Shown one piece after another: positions 48,051 to 59,458 of a stretch of 64,000 nucleotides of DNA. The notes under the pieces were generated by a model. It saw only the letters and a program-made list of their open reading frames with translations, did no database searches and was not told the origin of the DNA. The position numbers were made by a program, and so were the translations under genes. The stretch's first letter is position 1; every line of letters begins with the position of its first letter. Source of the DNA: a virus; IMG/VR virus record IMGVR_UViG_3300005340_000038, positions 12,362-76,361 of that record. One strand, given 5' to 3'.

Positions 48051-48266
48051 ATGGCCGACCAAACTCAAAAGACCGACGCGCAGAAGATGTTCGATTCGCG
48101 TATGAACGTTGTCCGCAATACGTTAGAAGATATCGCCATTGCGCTAGATGCCCTAGAAGAAGAGCAATACGACAACCCGCAGAATTGGGGTATCGTGGCG
48201 ATGCTGAACCGCCTGCAAGAGAAACTCGCAGAAGTATGCGATGAGGCTGATGGGTTTCTGGGGTAA
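48051..48266 (+). CDS. Hypothetical protein
   Basis: GAGGAG RBS; first gene of a rightward unit. Confidence 0.55.
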   Translation: MADQTQKTDAQKMFDSRMNVVRNTLEDIAIALDALEEEQYDNPQNWGIVAMLNRLQEKLAEVCDEADGFLG

Positions 48267-48530
48267 TCATAACGTCAAGATAGGAGACACCACAATGGCA
48301 CACGCAGCGCACGCAGAACAAAAACTCGACGCGATCATAGCGAGCCGTAGCGCCGCGCAGCTTAAAGAGATGGCGCGGCTACTCAATACGAACTATGCGA
48401 CAGATGCCGATATCGTCATGGAGAAAGTGCTAGAGGCACTAGAGGGACGGATGGATGAGGCGGCGTATGTAGCGTTCTGTGATGGGCTATAATTGATCTG
48501 GCGCGATAGCAAAACACGGGAGAATGAGCT

Positions 48531-49055
48531 ATGGGTTTAGACATGTATCTCAATAGAAGAATATTCCTATGGGGCGACGAGAGGAAAAATCTAAAAATAA
48601 CAGGCTTAAGAAGAGAAATACGGACTGATAAGGTCAGCTATATAATTGAGGAGATAGGCTATTGGAGAAAAGCTAATGCTATCCACAAATGGTTTGTCGA
48701 CAATGTCCAGGGAGGCAATGACGATTGCGAGAGATATAACGTATCAGCGAGGGATATGAGAGGACTATTAGAAACTGTAAATAGGGTTTTGGAAAGTTCA
48801 GAATTAGTAGATGGTGATGTTCACACTGGCACAAGGTATCATGCATCAGGTGAAGTGGAGGAACTTATTGAGAAGGGTAAGATCATAAAAGACCCAACAG
48901 TCGCTAAAGTATTGCTACCTAGCTCTAGCGGGTTCTTCTTCGGTAGCGATGATTATGATGAATATTACTATGAGCAACTTATAAAAACGAAGGAAATTCT
49001 AGAGCAGGCGTTGGAAAATGATGAGGATTACTATGAGTATCATTCAGACTGGTAG
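48531..49055 (+). CDS. Conserved phage protein (MGLDMY/YWRKAN family)
   Basis: MGLDMYL..IGYWRKANAIHKWF..LPSSSGFFFGS. Confidence 0.7.
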   Translation: MGLDMYLNRRIFLWGDERKNLKITGLRREIRTDKVSYIIEEIGYWRKANAIHKWFVDNVQGGNDDCERYNVSARDMRGLLETVNRVLESSELVDGDVHTGTRYHASGEVEELIEKGKIIKDPTVAKVLLPSSSGFFFGSDDYDEYYYEQLIKTKEILEQALENDEDYYEYHSDW

Positions 49056-49556
49056 AGACTCACGATATTACCGGATTCAGACTATGGATATACATTATGA
49101 TAAATAGACATGTTAAGGATATACTAGAATCAAATAATACTAGTGAAATTGATAGTATATTACTAGAATATGTTTATACTCATCATAACGTTTCTATGAA
49201 AAAAGAGGAGAATAGACGGTACACTTCTTTGGCAAAAGATATTAACGATGGTGTTTTGGATGAAATGATTAGGGCAGCGAGAGCAAGAATTAGTGATCTA
49301 AAAAGAGAGATACAAGCATTTGCTGATGGACTATAGGAGACAACTCATGCGACAACTCACCCTAGACCACCTAAATTGCCTGCCGAATTGGATGTCGGCT
49401 GATGATATCGCTAGCCTATTGCGCATCGGCAAGTTACGCACCCGTCTCATCATGTGGCGGAATTTCGATGGATGCGAGAGAGTCTCTAGGCCGACATTCG
49501 CCAAATGGGTGATGCGGAGTCGGTACTTTCAGCCAATTCAATACTAAGGAAGCAAA

Positions 49557-50216
49557 ATGAAAGAGTATCATAAAATCCAAACTCTTTGGGCGCGAGAGAG
49601 TGCTAAGCCACACAATATGATCCTGGGTGAATTTGCCTTACCTGAGTTTGAGGCATTACAAAACATCACATGGGTTGCCACTGAGAAGATTGATGGGACA
49701 AATGTCCGCGTATTCTGGGACGGCCATAACGTGTCATTTGGTGGCAAAACAGACGATGCACAGATGCCTGTATTCCTTTTCGATAGGCTACAGGAGCTAT
49801 TTGGTGGCGAGGCTAATGCCCAAGTCTTTGAACAGGCATTTGGCGAGAGTCAGGTATGTCTTTACGGCGAGGGGTATGGACACAAGATTCAGAAGGTCGG
49901 GCATCTCTACGGCGACGTTGACTTTATCCTGTTTGATGTGCGCGTTGGCGATTGGTGGCTAGAGCGCCGGAACATAGAGGATGTGGCAGGCAAGTTTGAT
50001 ATCGACATTGTACCGATTGTCGAAGAAGGGACATTATACGAGCTGAGTGATCTCGTTAAGCACGGGTTCCCGTCAATGTATGGCGACTTGCTCGCAGAGG
50101 GAATTGTAGCCAAGCCGAAAGTTGAGTTATTTAATCGCAAAGGAGAACGGATTATCACAAAGCTGAAACATAGGGATTTTGTTAAGCTGGAACGCCAACA
50201 GAAGCATAATGGGTAG
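49557..50216 (+). CDS. ATP-dependent RNA ligase (Rnl2-like nucleotidyltransferase domain)
   Basis: TEKIDGTN (motif I), LYGEGYG, FILFDV, EGIVAKP, TKLK. Confidence 0.8.
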   Translation: MKEYHKIQTLWARESAKPHNMILGEFALPEFEALQNITWVATEKIDGTNVRVFWDGHNVSFGGKTDDAQMPVFLFDRLQELFGGEANAQVFEQAFGESQVCLYGEGYGHKIQKVGHLYGDVDFILFDVRVGDWWLERRNIEDVAGKFDIDIVPIVEEGTLYELSDLVKHGFPSMYGDLLAEGIVAKPKVELFNRKGERIITKLKHRDFVKLERQQKHNG

Positions 50217-51251
50217 ATAAGAGGGGCTCTATGCTTTGGGCTATGATAGTAATAGACATACTACTAATTATGTTGTCTGTGATATTTGGGGTGTTTACCT
50301 ATTATGAGATAAGATTCCATAGGGCAGTTTGCAGGGTAATAGATTCTATCGACGAAATACTAGGTGATATGTATAAAAGCGTAGACAAGATAGAGATGGA
50401 TGATAAGGGCAAGGAGAATCAAGATGCCTAACCCAACCACCGCCCCCGATGCGATGGACGCATGGTTTAGCCACCCGTCAGCCCAACCCAACGCACCCAT
50501 GCCGCAAACGCGCGGCTGCGATCTCGGTGGCGAGCGGTACTTTCGCCCGTACAACCGACGCGAGGTCCGTGATATGCACCTCATGCAGGGCGATAATACC
50601 CACGGATGGCGCATCCTCGACACCAACCGCGTGCTGATAGCCCAGGATGAGCGGAGAGATGGAAGGGGGATGAAGCGTTTGTATAGGTATCCCGCGACTG
50701 AGACAAGGAAGCAAAGTTGGAGTATTATGGGGGATGACGATAGGCTAATCTCGTGCGTGGCGTGGGATGAGGCGCAGGCGATTGGGTGGTTCGAGAGGGC
50801 ATAGGAGAGCGAGCGATGCAAGATGAATACTATGACAACCGGCTGGCGATACTGATTGCGGTACTTGTGGTGATTGGGGTAGCGATGATGATCGTTTCGT
50901 GGTAGGAGGCAATCATGGCCGTATTTATCGAATTGACGTTGGCTGAGGACATCGGGCTAATGGATTTTAAGGGCGGATCACCTATCACCGTCAATGCTGA
51001 ATACGTGATGTATGTGCATATCGACAGCAAGAATAGGACGCATGTCACGATGCAGGACGGCTATCTTCTGATCGTGCAGGAGCGATATGACCATGTGTGC
51101 CGGTTGGTTTGTGGGGCAGTACAGCATAGAGTGGACTAGGGTGCCAAAATGTTGGCAGGGGTGAGGGCTTTTTTATTTGCCGTGCGTTGGTATTATTTTA
51201 GGGCTATAATAGTATTAAGGTCTATGGATAATGCATGGATGGGAGGAAGCC

Positions 51252-51905
51252 ATGATCATTGTCTGCGGCGGAACGAAAGGGGGTAGCGGGAAGACAACCG
51301 TATGCACGAATCTTGCCGTCATGCGAGCAATTGACGGCAGAGATGTGCTGCTTGTAGACGCAGATGAACAAGGGAGCAGTACCCTATTCAGCACCCAGAG
51401 GAGGCAGGACTATGGGGATAAGGCAGGGTATACGTCCATCGTACTGAGTGAAGAGAGGGTACGTACTGAAGTCTTGGCCATGCGTCATAAGTTTGACGAC
51501 ATCTTGATTGACACGGGCGGTAGGGATTCAAAGTCACAGAGGGCTGCAATTTCGATAGCTGACCTGTTAGTCATTCCGTTCAAGCCGAGTTCACTTGATA
51601 TATGGACGCTCGAGAATAATCAGAAGGTCATAGACGACATGCGCCCTTACAATCCAAGTCTGCGAGTCGTGGCATTTGTTAATCAGGCTGACGCACAGGG
51701 CAACGATAATGCCGATGCGGGTGCAGTTTTGGCTGAGATTGAATGGTTGCAATTCCTTGAAACTCCTGTTGTTTATCGAAGAGCGATACGTCGAGCAACA
51801 TCCTGGGGACTTGCCGTATGCGAATCAAAGCCTGCTGACCGGAAGGCTATAGATGAGGTCAATGCACTATATAATGTCGTTTTTGGTATTAACTCAACCC
51901 CATAA
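51252..51905 (+). CDS. parA: ParA-family partition ATPase
   Basis: KGGSGKTT deviant Walker A, LVDADEQ, ILIDTGG. Confidence 0.9.
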   Translation: MIIVCGGTKGGSGKTTVCTNLAVMRAIDGRDVLLVDADEQGSSTLFSTQRRQDYGDKAGYTSIVLSEERVRTEVLAMRHKFDDILIDTGGRDSKSQRAAISIADLLVIPFKPSSLDIWTLENNQKVIDDMRPYNPSLRVVAFVNQADAQGNDNADAGAVLAEIEWLQFLETPVVYRRAIRRATSWGLAVCESKPADRKAIDEVNALYNVVFGINSTP

Positions 51906-51928
51906 TAATATTACTAGAGTATTAAGAC

Positions 51929-52204
51929 ATGCCTAAATCATCCATTAATCGGAGACCGGTAGATGTAAAAGCCATGATCAATAAAGGAGGGTCTGCACCG
52001 GCGTCTGAGGACGAAATAGACGATAGCAGAGTCCAAGTCTTTAATTTGAGGATGCCGTGGTCAGTCTATAAAAAAATAGACGCACTCCGGGCGAAATCTC
52101 CCGTCTGGATATCCCGTAATACGTGGATAGCGATGGCGATAGAGGACAAACTGGAAATAGATGGGGCCGAGACTGAATATGAAAAATGTCAATATCTATA
52201 CTGA
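51929..52204 (+). CDS. ParG-like ribbon-helix-helix partner
   Basis: FNLRMPWSVYKKID..SRNTWIAMAIEDKL; directly follows parA. Confidence 0.7.
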   Translation: MPKSSINRRPVDVKAMINKGGSAPASEDEIDDSRVQVFNLRMPWSVYKKIDALRAKSPVWISRNTWIAMAIEDKLEIDGAETEYEKCQYLY

Positions 52205-52739
52205 ATCAGATGAAAATGAAGATGTAGATGATGAGCCGCGACTTGATCCAGAGTCGGTAGAGGTAGGTAATATAACAGAGAAAAATCTTGATAAGTTTAT
52301 AGGACTTTTCCTGAAACGCACACTAGGGAGAGAAATCTTAAAGATTTTTCAGACATTAGTTATAAACATCCATGACAATGTTGGCCCTCAGAATTATTAT
52401 ATAGGTTTTGATCACGGGCGTGAAGAAGGATATTCTGCGGGATACAAACATGGAGCCAGGGATGCCAAAGAAAAGTTTGGCAGTATGCCATCTCTAAGCA
52501 GGAAAGAGAAACTAGCGGCTATATGGGATAAAACAGGCGGGAAATGTTCATATTGCGGGGTTCTTCTAAACCCGTTCAGGACGCTAGAGATAGACCATAT
52601 AGTCGCTCGGGCAAATGGAGGAACAAACAATATTATTAATTTAGTACCTTCGTGCCAAGATTGCAACCGGGCCAAAGGAGACAAAGACTTAGAGGATTTT
52701 AGATTCTACTTTGAGAAGAAAATGCTTAGAAAGCCATAG
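52179..52739 (+). CDS. HNH endonuclease
   Basis: CSYCG..IDHIVARANGGTN..NLVPSCQDCNRAK. Confidence 0.85.
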   Translation: MKNVNIYTESDENEDVDDEPRLDPESVEVGNITEKNLDKFIGLFLKRTLGREILKIFQTLVINIHDNVGPQNYYIGFDHGREEGYSAGYKHGARDAKEKFGSMPSLSRKEKLAAIWDKTGGKCSYCGVLLNPFRTLEIDHIVARANGGTNNIINLVPSCQDCNRAKGDKDLEDFRFYFEKKMLRKP

Positions 52740-53445
52740 GTAGATTGCATCACATCGGGCGCAGGCGATTGAGGATAGGCTAGAACGCGAGGGGTTTTTG
52801 ATGGCATGTAGCGCAGTGTGCACGGGCGGGTCACGACTCCCGCCCGTTTGCGACGACATGCCGCAAGCACTGCTCTTGGGGTAAGTATAGCATAGAGGAG
52901 ATACCGCGGCATGGACGCACTACACGACCTACTAGGGCATGCTGCCGACGAGATTGTCAAGGTCAACCGAGATAATCTTATCCGGCGCATCCTAGACGAT
53001 ATGTACCGATCTGATTCCGAGATGGCAGCTAAGTCGAGCCTATTTTGGGTCTACGAGAAAATGATTAGTCTGGCCGATTCGGGAGATATTGAGGGGGCTG
53101 AGGCATTTTATAATGACGAGACGACTCAGTATATTCTGGGCAGGGCAAGAGAGGCAGCAAATGAGGGGCAAAGATGACTGACAAAGAGCTATACGACTTC
53201 ATGGACGCATCTATCCATGTAAACGCCATATCTCTCTCTGATCATATAGATCAGATATGTATCATAATCAATACCTATATCGGCATAAAAGGTCTTGGGC
53301 GCGGCATGGCTGGTGCATCCTATGGTGAGATAGCGGCGGAGGCAGGAGATGAAACGCTACGAGAGATGGTGTCTGCCGCGATTAAGCGGGCGATGGACTT
53401 GAGAGGGCAGATTGATAGGTTTATTGAAAATATAGGGATACCCGT

Positions 53446-53850
53446 ATGACCAAGCAAGAATACTACGACTTGTTGGTGAAGTCGGCGCAGGATGGGACGT
53501 TCCCGAGTGCAGTCATACATGACAATATGGCTATGCAGTGCTTATATCGTGCTGATCAGACTCCGCATTCGCTCAAGCGGTGTGCAGGAGGTCTGTTAAT
53601 TGATGATGAGAAATATTCGCCTGATTTAGAGACGGTGCGTGTCACGATGTTAGCACTGAGTCATCCAGGCATATTCAACTTACCGGAAGGGCTAAGTGTA
53701 TCTGATATAAACGCAATCCAAAGAGAGCATGATGAGGCATGTGATTGGAAAAATAAATCCATCGTATGGTATAAAGAGCAATTCATTGATTGCATTAATG
53801 CTCTGTCCTGTTTCGCCGACGTCGTCAAGGTATCCCCCGATGCAGCCTAA
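53446..53850 (+). CDS. Hypothetical phage protein
   Basis: CLYR..RCAGGLLI..IQREHD; coupled ORF. Confidence 0.55.
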   Translation: MTKQEYYDLLVKSAQDGTFPSAVIHDNMAMQCLYRADQTPHSLKRCAGGLLIDDEKYSPDLETVRVTMLALSHPGIFNLPEGLSVSDINAIQREHDEACDWKNKSIVWYKEQFIDCINALSCFADVVKVSPDAA

Positions 53851-54025
53851 CGCGCCCAAACCCCTACTCGTCTGCGAAGTCTGTGGCGCTACCGATCTCT
53901 GGCCGGTCAGCGGGGGCAAGTACCGCTGCCTGCGCTGCGGGCACGTCCCCTCTTGACACGATGGATGCGCCTAGCCCGTGGGGTTAGTATAATTAGGAAT
54001 TATCTAACATTCTGAAAGAGAGATC

Positions 54026-54592
54026 ATGATGAGTCGTATCAGTTTTGATGTAAGCAGTTATGGCACAGGGACCAAACGCATGCTGAATTTAGATGGGACG
54101 CGAATTGCGGCCACATTTATTGACGATCATCCACGGAGGGCTGACTATTTCAATATATGCTGGAATCTAAACGAACAATTTGACTTGCGAGAGGGTATCG
54201 AATACTGGTTTACGCAAGTCTTACAGCAGAATGAAGGCAGACAAAACTCTTCTCCAGTTATACTTGTAGTTTGGAAATCTGAAATACCACATTACATAGA
54301 GATTCAATCGCTTTCATCAGGAGATATGGTCTGTGAAGAACTAGATGACATGAGCCGCCGTGGCAATGTTATTGAGCACGTATCACTGAGAAGGGAAGAC
54401 TGCGAAGTTAATTTTATGTTTAAGCCAGGTAAACCAATGTCATGTTCTTGCAAATTTAATAGGCCTTTTCTATCTCGGATAAGCCCATTCTTTGCGAAAT
54501 ATAACGAGAATATCAGCGCACAGTCGCAGGATAATTTATTAAAACTAGCAGACGCTGAGCTTGGATTTTTCGAACTAACCCCCGTGGGTTAG
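54026..54592 (+). CDS. Hypothetical protein
   Basis: AT-richer ORF with an upstream TATAAT. Confidence 0.5.
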   Translation: MMSRISFDVSSYGTGTKRMLNLDGTRIAATFIDDHPRRADYFNICWNLNEQFDLREGIEYWFTQVLQQNEGRQNSSPVILVVWKSEIPHYIEIQSLSSGDMVCEELDDMSRRGNVIEHVSLRREDCEVNFMFKPGKPMSCSCKFNRPFLSRISPFFAKYNENISAQSQDNLLKLADAELGFFELTPVG

Positions 54593-55812
54593 CGCTCGGT
54601 GTAGCATACGTTGCCGTAAGCGATGCTGCTTTTCGACATCGAAAGACATGGGTTAGGGTCATCTGGAGTGGCTATAATGTTATACGATATCTCGTAGTCA
54701 TGAGCACCCTCACCCACGTGAAAAGCGGGGCGCTCGCGTGCCGAGATAATATGCATATGCGATATCTTGACGTCATGCACCCCGCGCCACAGTATCTCTC
54801 GATGCAGCTTGAGTATCGGCAACACGCCATCGCCAAACGCATCGAGTACGGTGGGGTGGCCTGGCGTACCGTTAGGCAGGGCGTCAAATATCGCATTGCC
54901 GTCCTGCCACACCGAGCCGCGTTGCAATAGTACTGTGTCGCCAGGCTTAATGAGTCCCAGGAAATTATGGATCTTTTCGAGGCTATCAGTGCAAGTCATG
55001 AGTCCAGCGACATTTGCTTGATGATCCGGTCCCTTGCCAGCCAAGGGACAATCGTCACGCGGGGCGATGTAGTAAGTATCGCCGCTAGAGATTTGTGGCG
55101 CTGGCGTCTCTCCAGTTTCTTCTATTTTCTTCTCTATATCTTTTATTTTCATATCTATACTTTTTGCTTTCTTATCTATATTCTCTAATCTTGATATATT
55201 ACTGTTTATCTTATTTTCGGATTCTTCTAGATTATATTTGGTCTTTACAGGGATATCTTGTTTAGGCATATTAAAATAAGACATCACTAGCATGCCTATA
55301 AAGCCGATGAAAATTACCGCGATCCATATGGCAGGGGCAATATCTGCTTTAAACGAGTCGGATAGTGCATAGCGATGTTTATAGCCACTGTGCCTCGCCC
55401 GCTCAATTAAACACCCCGTCTCTTCCGCCCGCTCAAACTCGTAGTCACCCCGCTCCATCGCTGCCGTTGCCACCGCATCCAATCCTATACGGCTAGCGAC
55501 CTGCCTGACCTCTTGGCGCGTTAGGTGCGTGATGGGGTAATGTGGCACGACGCGCAGCCCTGACGCCTCGCAGAAGGGGCACAGCGGCTCTAGCTGTGCG
55601 GGTAGCTTGATCTCGGCTAGGCGGGCCGAGATTGGGCTAGGGTCGCAGTAGGGCGGGGGTTTGAGACGGTCTGATGGTGATGGGATAGGCTTCGGGCTCA
55701 AATGCGCCATTAGGGCAATCAGAGCCGCGTTGTTCTGCATTTCTGCCTCCTCTATATACCACCGTTTCCGAGAGAATCCGGTGCTATTCAGTCGTTCCCG
55801 TATGGCGAGCAC
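54589..55812 (-). CDS. Membrane-anchored protein: TM, coiled coil, then a short beta-helix domain paralogous to the N-module of 5685-9551
   Basis: PGDTVLLQRGSVW..PNGTPG..AFGDGVLPIL versus PGDCMLFERGSVW..PSGTSG..SFGSGAMPII. Confidence 0.6.
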   Translation of the reverse strand: MLAIRERLNSTGFSRKRWYIEEAEMQNNAALIALMAHLSPKPIPSPSDRLKPPPYCDPSPISARLAEIKLPAQLEPLCPFCEASGLRVVPHYPITHLTRQEVRQVASRIGLDAVATAAMERGDYEFERAEETGCLIERARHSGYKHRYALSDSFKADIAPAIWIAVIFIGFIGMLVMSYFNMPKQDIPVKTKYNLEESENKINSNISRLENIDKKAKSIDMKIKDIEKKIEETGETPAPQISSGDTYYIAPRDDCPLAGKGPDHQANVAGLMTCTDSLEKIHNFLGLIKPGDTVLLQRGSVWQDGNAIFDALPNGTPGHPTVLDAFGDGVLPILKLHREILWRGVHDVKISHMHIISARERPAFHVGEGAHDYEISYNIIATPDDPNPCLSMSKSSIAYGNVCYTER

Positions 55813-56902
55813 TCCATTCGCTCGTAGACGCGCCGGAAGAACGCCTCAATCTCGTCGGGTGCCATAGTTAGCCGATTCGTGCAAGGCAACGAGACGCTAA
55901 ACATGGGTTTGGTGCTGCCCGTGACATTAAAATCGCACTTGACCTCATAGACCAATTCGCCCCAATTATGCAGGCGTATGCTGATGAAAAATAAGCGTAA
56001 TCCATTGTCATATATGGGCTTTTGGATCAGATTCACATCGAGATTGAAATAGTCTTTATACCCCGCATCCAAGAACGCTTGGTACTGTGCGCCGCCTAAT
56101 TGCCGGATGTGGGCAAATTTGTCTTCCATAGCGTGCGTTCTCCTGGGTAAGTATGGGGCCAATCTAGTCGAGAATGTTCTCGGCTACCACTAAACTCTAC
56201 CGATTGGAAAGAATCACCGTCACTATCCACCATCTGCCCTTCCTCTGTCTCGTGGCTATATTCTTGTATCGGCCTTACTCCTTGCAGAGCATCTACCATC
56301 AAATCCCGGAAGTCTTGAGGTGACATATGGTCCATATCGTCTAGTATCCTTCGCAGAGCCTCTAAGTTGTTGGTGATGTCGTCGTTGGGGATGTCGTTCC
56401 TATCCATCGTTCCGCACCTCATTCATCAGGGTATCCCACCGCGCGAATATTTCGTCTAGCGTCTCGTGGGTCTCGACCTCGCGAATGACCGAGTCTGCTT
56501 CGTGCCCGGCTCTCGTTGGTGATTCTTCTGATACGCCTATAGCATTGAGTGTCACGTTGCTGCCGTCTCCGCTAAAATTCCATTCATCCATTTTTATCCA
56601 ATTATTATCTATCAGTAGGTACCGATATATTTTGACTAGTTTGTATGCAGAACCCATCATCCCGTTTATTGTCAGTGAATTGATAGGATAAACAGTGTCT
56701 CCTTCTATGTATGACTGCACATCGTAGTACTTTATGAGGGATTTCATAACCCCCTCATAGCAGGCTTTGACAACGAATCGGCAATCGTGCTCGTCAAGGT
56801 CCATAGCCAGATATGTATTGCCATCATCGTCTGTCCCAACTGTGCCCCATCCGCTATTGGCGAGATAGTCATACATTGAGCGGTAAACTCCGCCGGACAT
56901 GC

Positions 56903-57415
56903 CTATTCTCCTCTCGTTTCCACAACGATATCATCCCACCGCTGCAACACTTGCGTGATAGGCTTATTAGGCCCGAGGACGTCAATTACGTTCTGCGCCT
57001 CAAAGTATACGGCGTATTCATCGCCGTCTGTGCCGCCCAAGGAAACATGAGCACGAGCCTCGCTAGGGAATTTCAAGCCCGTCTCGTTCAGAATGCTCAT
57101 GCACTCGTAGGCTTTCTGCCGGTGGCCCTGTTTGACTGCATTTTTGACCATCGCGTTGAATTTCTCGTTTTTTATCTCTCGTTTCTTATTTTCTATATGC
57201 GCCAATACGCCAGACTCTTGATGCGTCCTGCGTATGGCTTTATAGGTCTGATCAAGCAATACGCCCATCGTGTCGTCAAATTCTGCCTTGTTTCTAGCAG
57301 AATCGCACCGTTCTTGCTCGATGCGCGCCAACACCCACGGATGGAGCCGTGGCGCAAACGTTTCCAACACGATGGGGTAGGTGGGGATTAGGGATTGCAG
57401 TTTGATCAGCATCAA
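56903..57415 (-). CDS. Hypothetical protein
   Basis: Member of the leftward small-gene string at 55.8-60.7 kb. Confidence 0.5.
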   Translation of the reverse strand: MMLIKLQSLIPTYPIVLETFAPRLHPWVLARIEQERCDSARNKAEFDDTMGVLLDQTYKAIRRTHQESGVLAHIENKKREIKNEKFNAMVKNAVKQGHRQKAYECMSILNETGLKFPSEARAHVSLGGTDGDEYAVYFEAQNVIDVLGPNKPITQVLQRWDDIVVETRGE

Positions 57416-57636
57416 TATACCTCACCCTCGAAATAGACATAGTTAGACGATCTACCGACCAAGGTATACCTAATCTGATTCATCGAAGACGGCGCGTCAG
57501 GATGATTAGGCGAGATGGGCACCATCCGCACCCCTAGTTTAAGTGGCGCTGCAAAGCCTATAGACATATAGTCCTCGTAGGGTACGACCTTGATCATGCC
57601 GTGGAAATTGAGAACGGCGTGGATGACTGGCATGGG

Positions 57637-57852
57637 CTATTCTCCTTCTGATACACCTGCTATTGCCCTGCACGTCTCGCATTCGCATGGCATGCAATCT
57701 ACGATCTCGCCAGTATCAACGATCCTGTTCAGGCAGGCAAAACAGAGAGCCACCCGCACTTTGCCCTCCTCAAATGCCATATCCTCAGTCCATACGGATA
57801 TCTCGACGATAGTACGAGGTGGTCTGTCGCAGTCGCGTGCGTTACATTTCAT
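57637..57852 (-). CDS. Cys-rich small protein, copy A
   Basis: Paralog of 58982-59197 (CDRPPRTIVEIS.WTEDMAFE). Confidence 0.6.
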   Translation of the reverse strand: MKCNARDCDRPPRTIVEISVWTEDMAFEEGKVRVALCFACLNRIVDTGEIVDCMPCECETCRAIAGVSEGE

Positions 57853-58981
57853 TGAAGATTACTCATTTTGTAAAAAGCATAATTACGCGATACCCTATGT
57901 AAAATATGGATATCCAATACGATGTCTTCAAAATTCGAAATGCCATTTTTGCGATGAATATAAGCCTTGCTATTTTCTTAATAGATCCCTTTTCAGCTTC
58001 ACTATATGGGCGCTGTCTATCAAGTGGTTCTCCTTGGTAATCAAGATAATCGCAATCTACGCATTTATGTAGCCAATACTCTTGTTGCCCATCATAGACA
58101 TGATATCCTCGTTTCAAGCATGTGATACGTCCTGTTTTGAGCAACGTAACAGCATCTTGTATATCATATACCATTGCTATTCTCCATCATCTCGGCCCTA
58201 AACCGCATCAGCTCATCTAGTCTCAATTCGTCCCTGAATCGCACGATCTCGTCCAGCTCTGCTACTCCGATAATGAATGGCGCGGATTTACCCATATAGA
58301 AATAATCAGAGCAGAAATAGACGGCTCCATCTGACGCTACCCCAGCGTGGCATCTTCCATCGACCTTGAGAGCTAACTTGACCTTTCTGAATCTCGAACC
58401 GTCTGAGTTGGAGACCATCATGTCTTCATCTATGCGCCAATACACTAGCCCTGCGTTATCCATTATTTGCGCTCTCCTTCATATTCCGCCATCATCTCTG
58501 CCTGCACGCCACTTGTTGACGGCATCGATATGGATAGACAGCGAACCAGATATAATTTCCGTACAATCAATGTAGTCGGACATGGGTTATTTTCCTATAA
58601 AGATGACTCTAGGGGTTCGCCTTCCTCTGCCAGCGTAATCGTGACCTCATGCTCTGTCGCTTTGCCGTCTTTGATGTGTAGAGCCCCAATCTGCCCGCCG
58701 TCCCATTTGATCAGGACATACGCCTCACCTTTTATGTCCGAAATAACAAGCGACAAAAAATTGCGGTATGCATATTCCGAGTATAGCCCGTGCCACGAGA
58801 ATGTATATATTTGGCATAGACCATCCTGGCCTGGCTCGCTGAGATCGTCACCACGAAGAAAGCAGAATTCAGGGAAATATATCCTGGCGTCTTTGTTTTC
58901 ATGCCACTTATCTACATCATCAACATGTATATAGAGATACCCAGATAAAATGCAGGTCGATTCGATGTTGTTTGACATGGG

Positions 58982-59197
58982 CTATTCTCCTTCTGATGTG
59001 CCAGTTATTGCTTTGTACTTCACCCATTCACAAGGCACACAGTCTACGATCTCGCCAGTGTCAACGATTCTGTTTAGGCAGGCAAAGCAAAGAGTTCCCC
59101 TCACCTTGCCATCCTCAAATGCCATATCTTCAGTCCATATGGATATCTCGACAATGGTACGAGGTGGCCTGTCACAGCCGACTACATTACATTTCAT
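58982..59197 (-). CDS. Cys-rich small protein, copy B
   Basis: Paralog of 57637-57852. Confidence 0.6.
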   Translation of the reverse strand: MKCNVVGCDRPPRTIVEISIWTEDMAFEDGKVRGTLCFACLNRIVDTGEIVDCVPCEWVKYKAITGTSEGE

Positions 59198-59458
59198 CGA
59201 GGGCCTTCCTCCCTTCATATTCCGCCATCATCTCAGCCCTAACCCGTATTAGCTCATCTAGTTCAGGGCCAGCGAAAGAAGTTCCGCACTCATCGCCTTC
59301 CTCTAGCTCGGATGATCTCGTTATATCAGGGCGATGAGTGATCATCATATTCCCATCCGTATAGACATAGACACGCATAAGTCCATTTATGTTTGTTAAT
59401 GCGATGCGGTCGCATCCTGATCCATAGAGATGTGTTTTATGCATAAGACGCCAATATC

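Noticed and set aside
57631-59200. DGR template/variable repeat pair
   Set aside because: Differences are not adenine-specific and many are synonymous; no reverse transcriptase is in the window.
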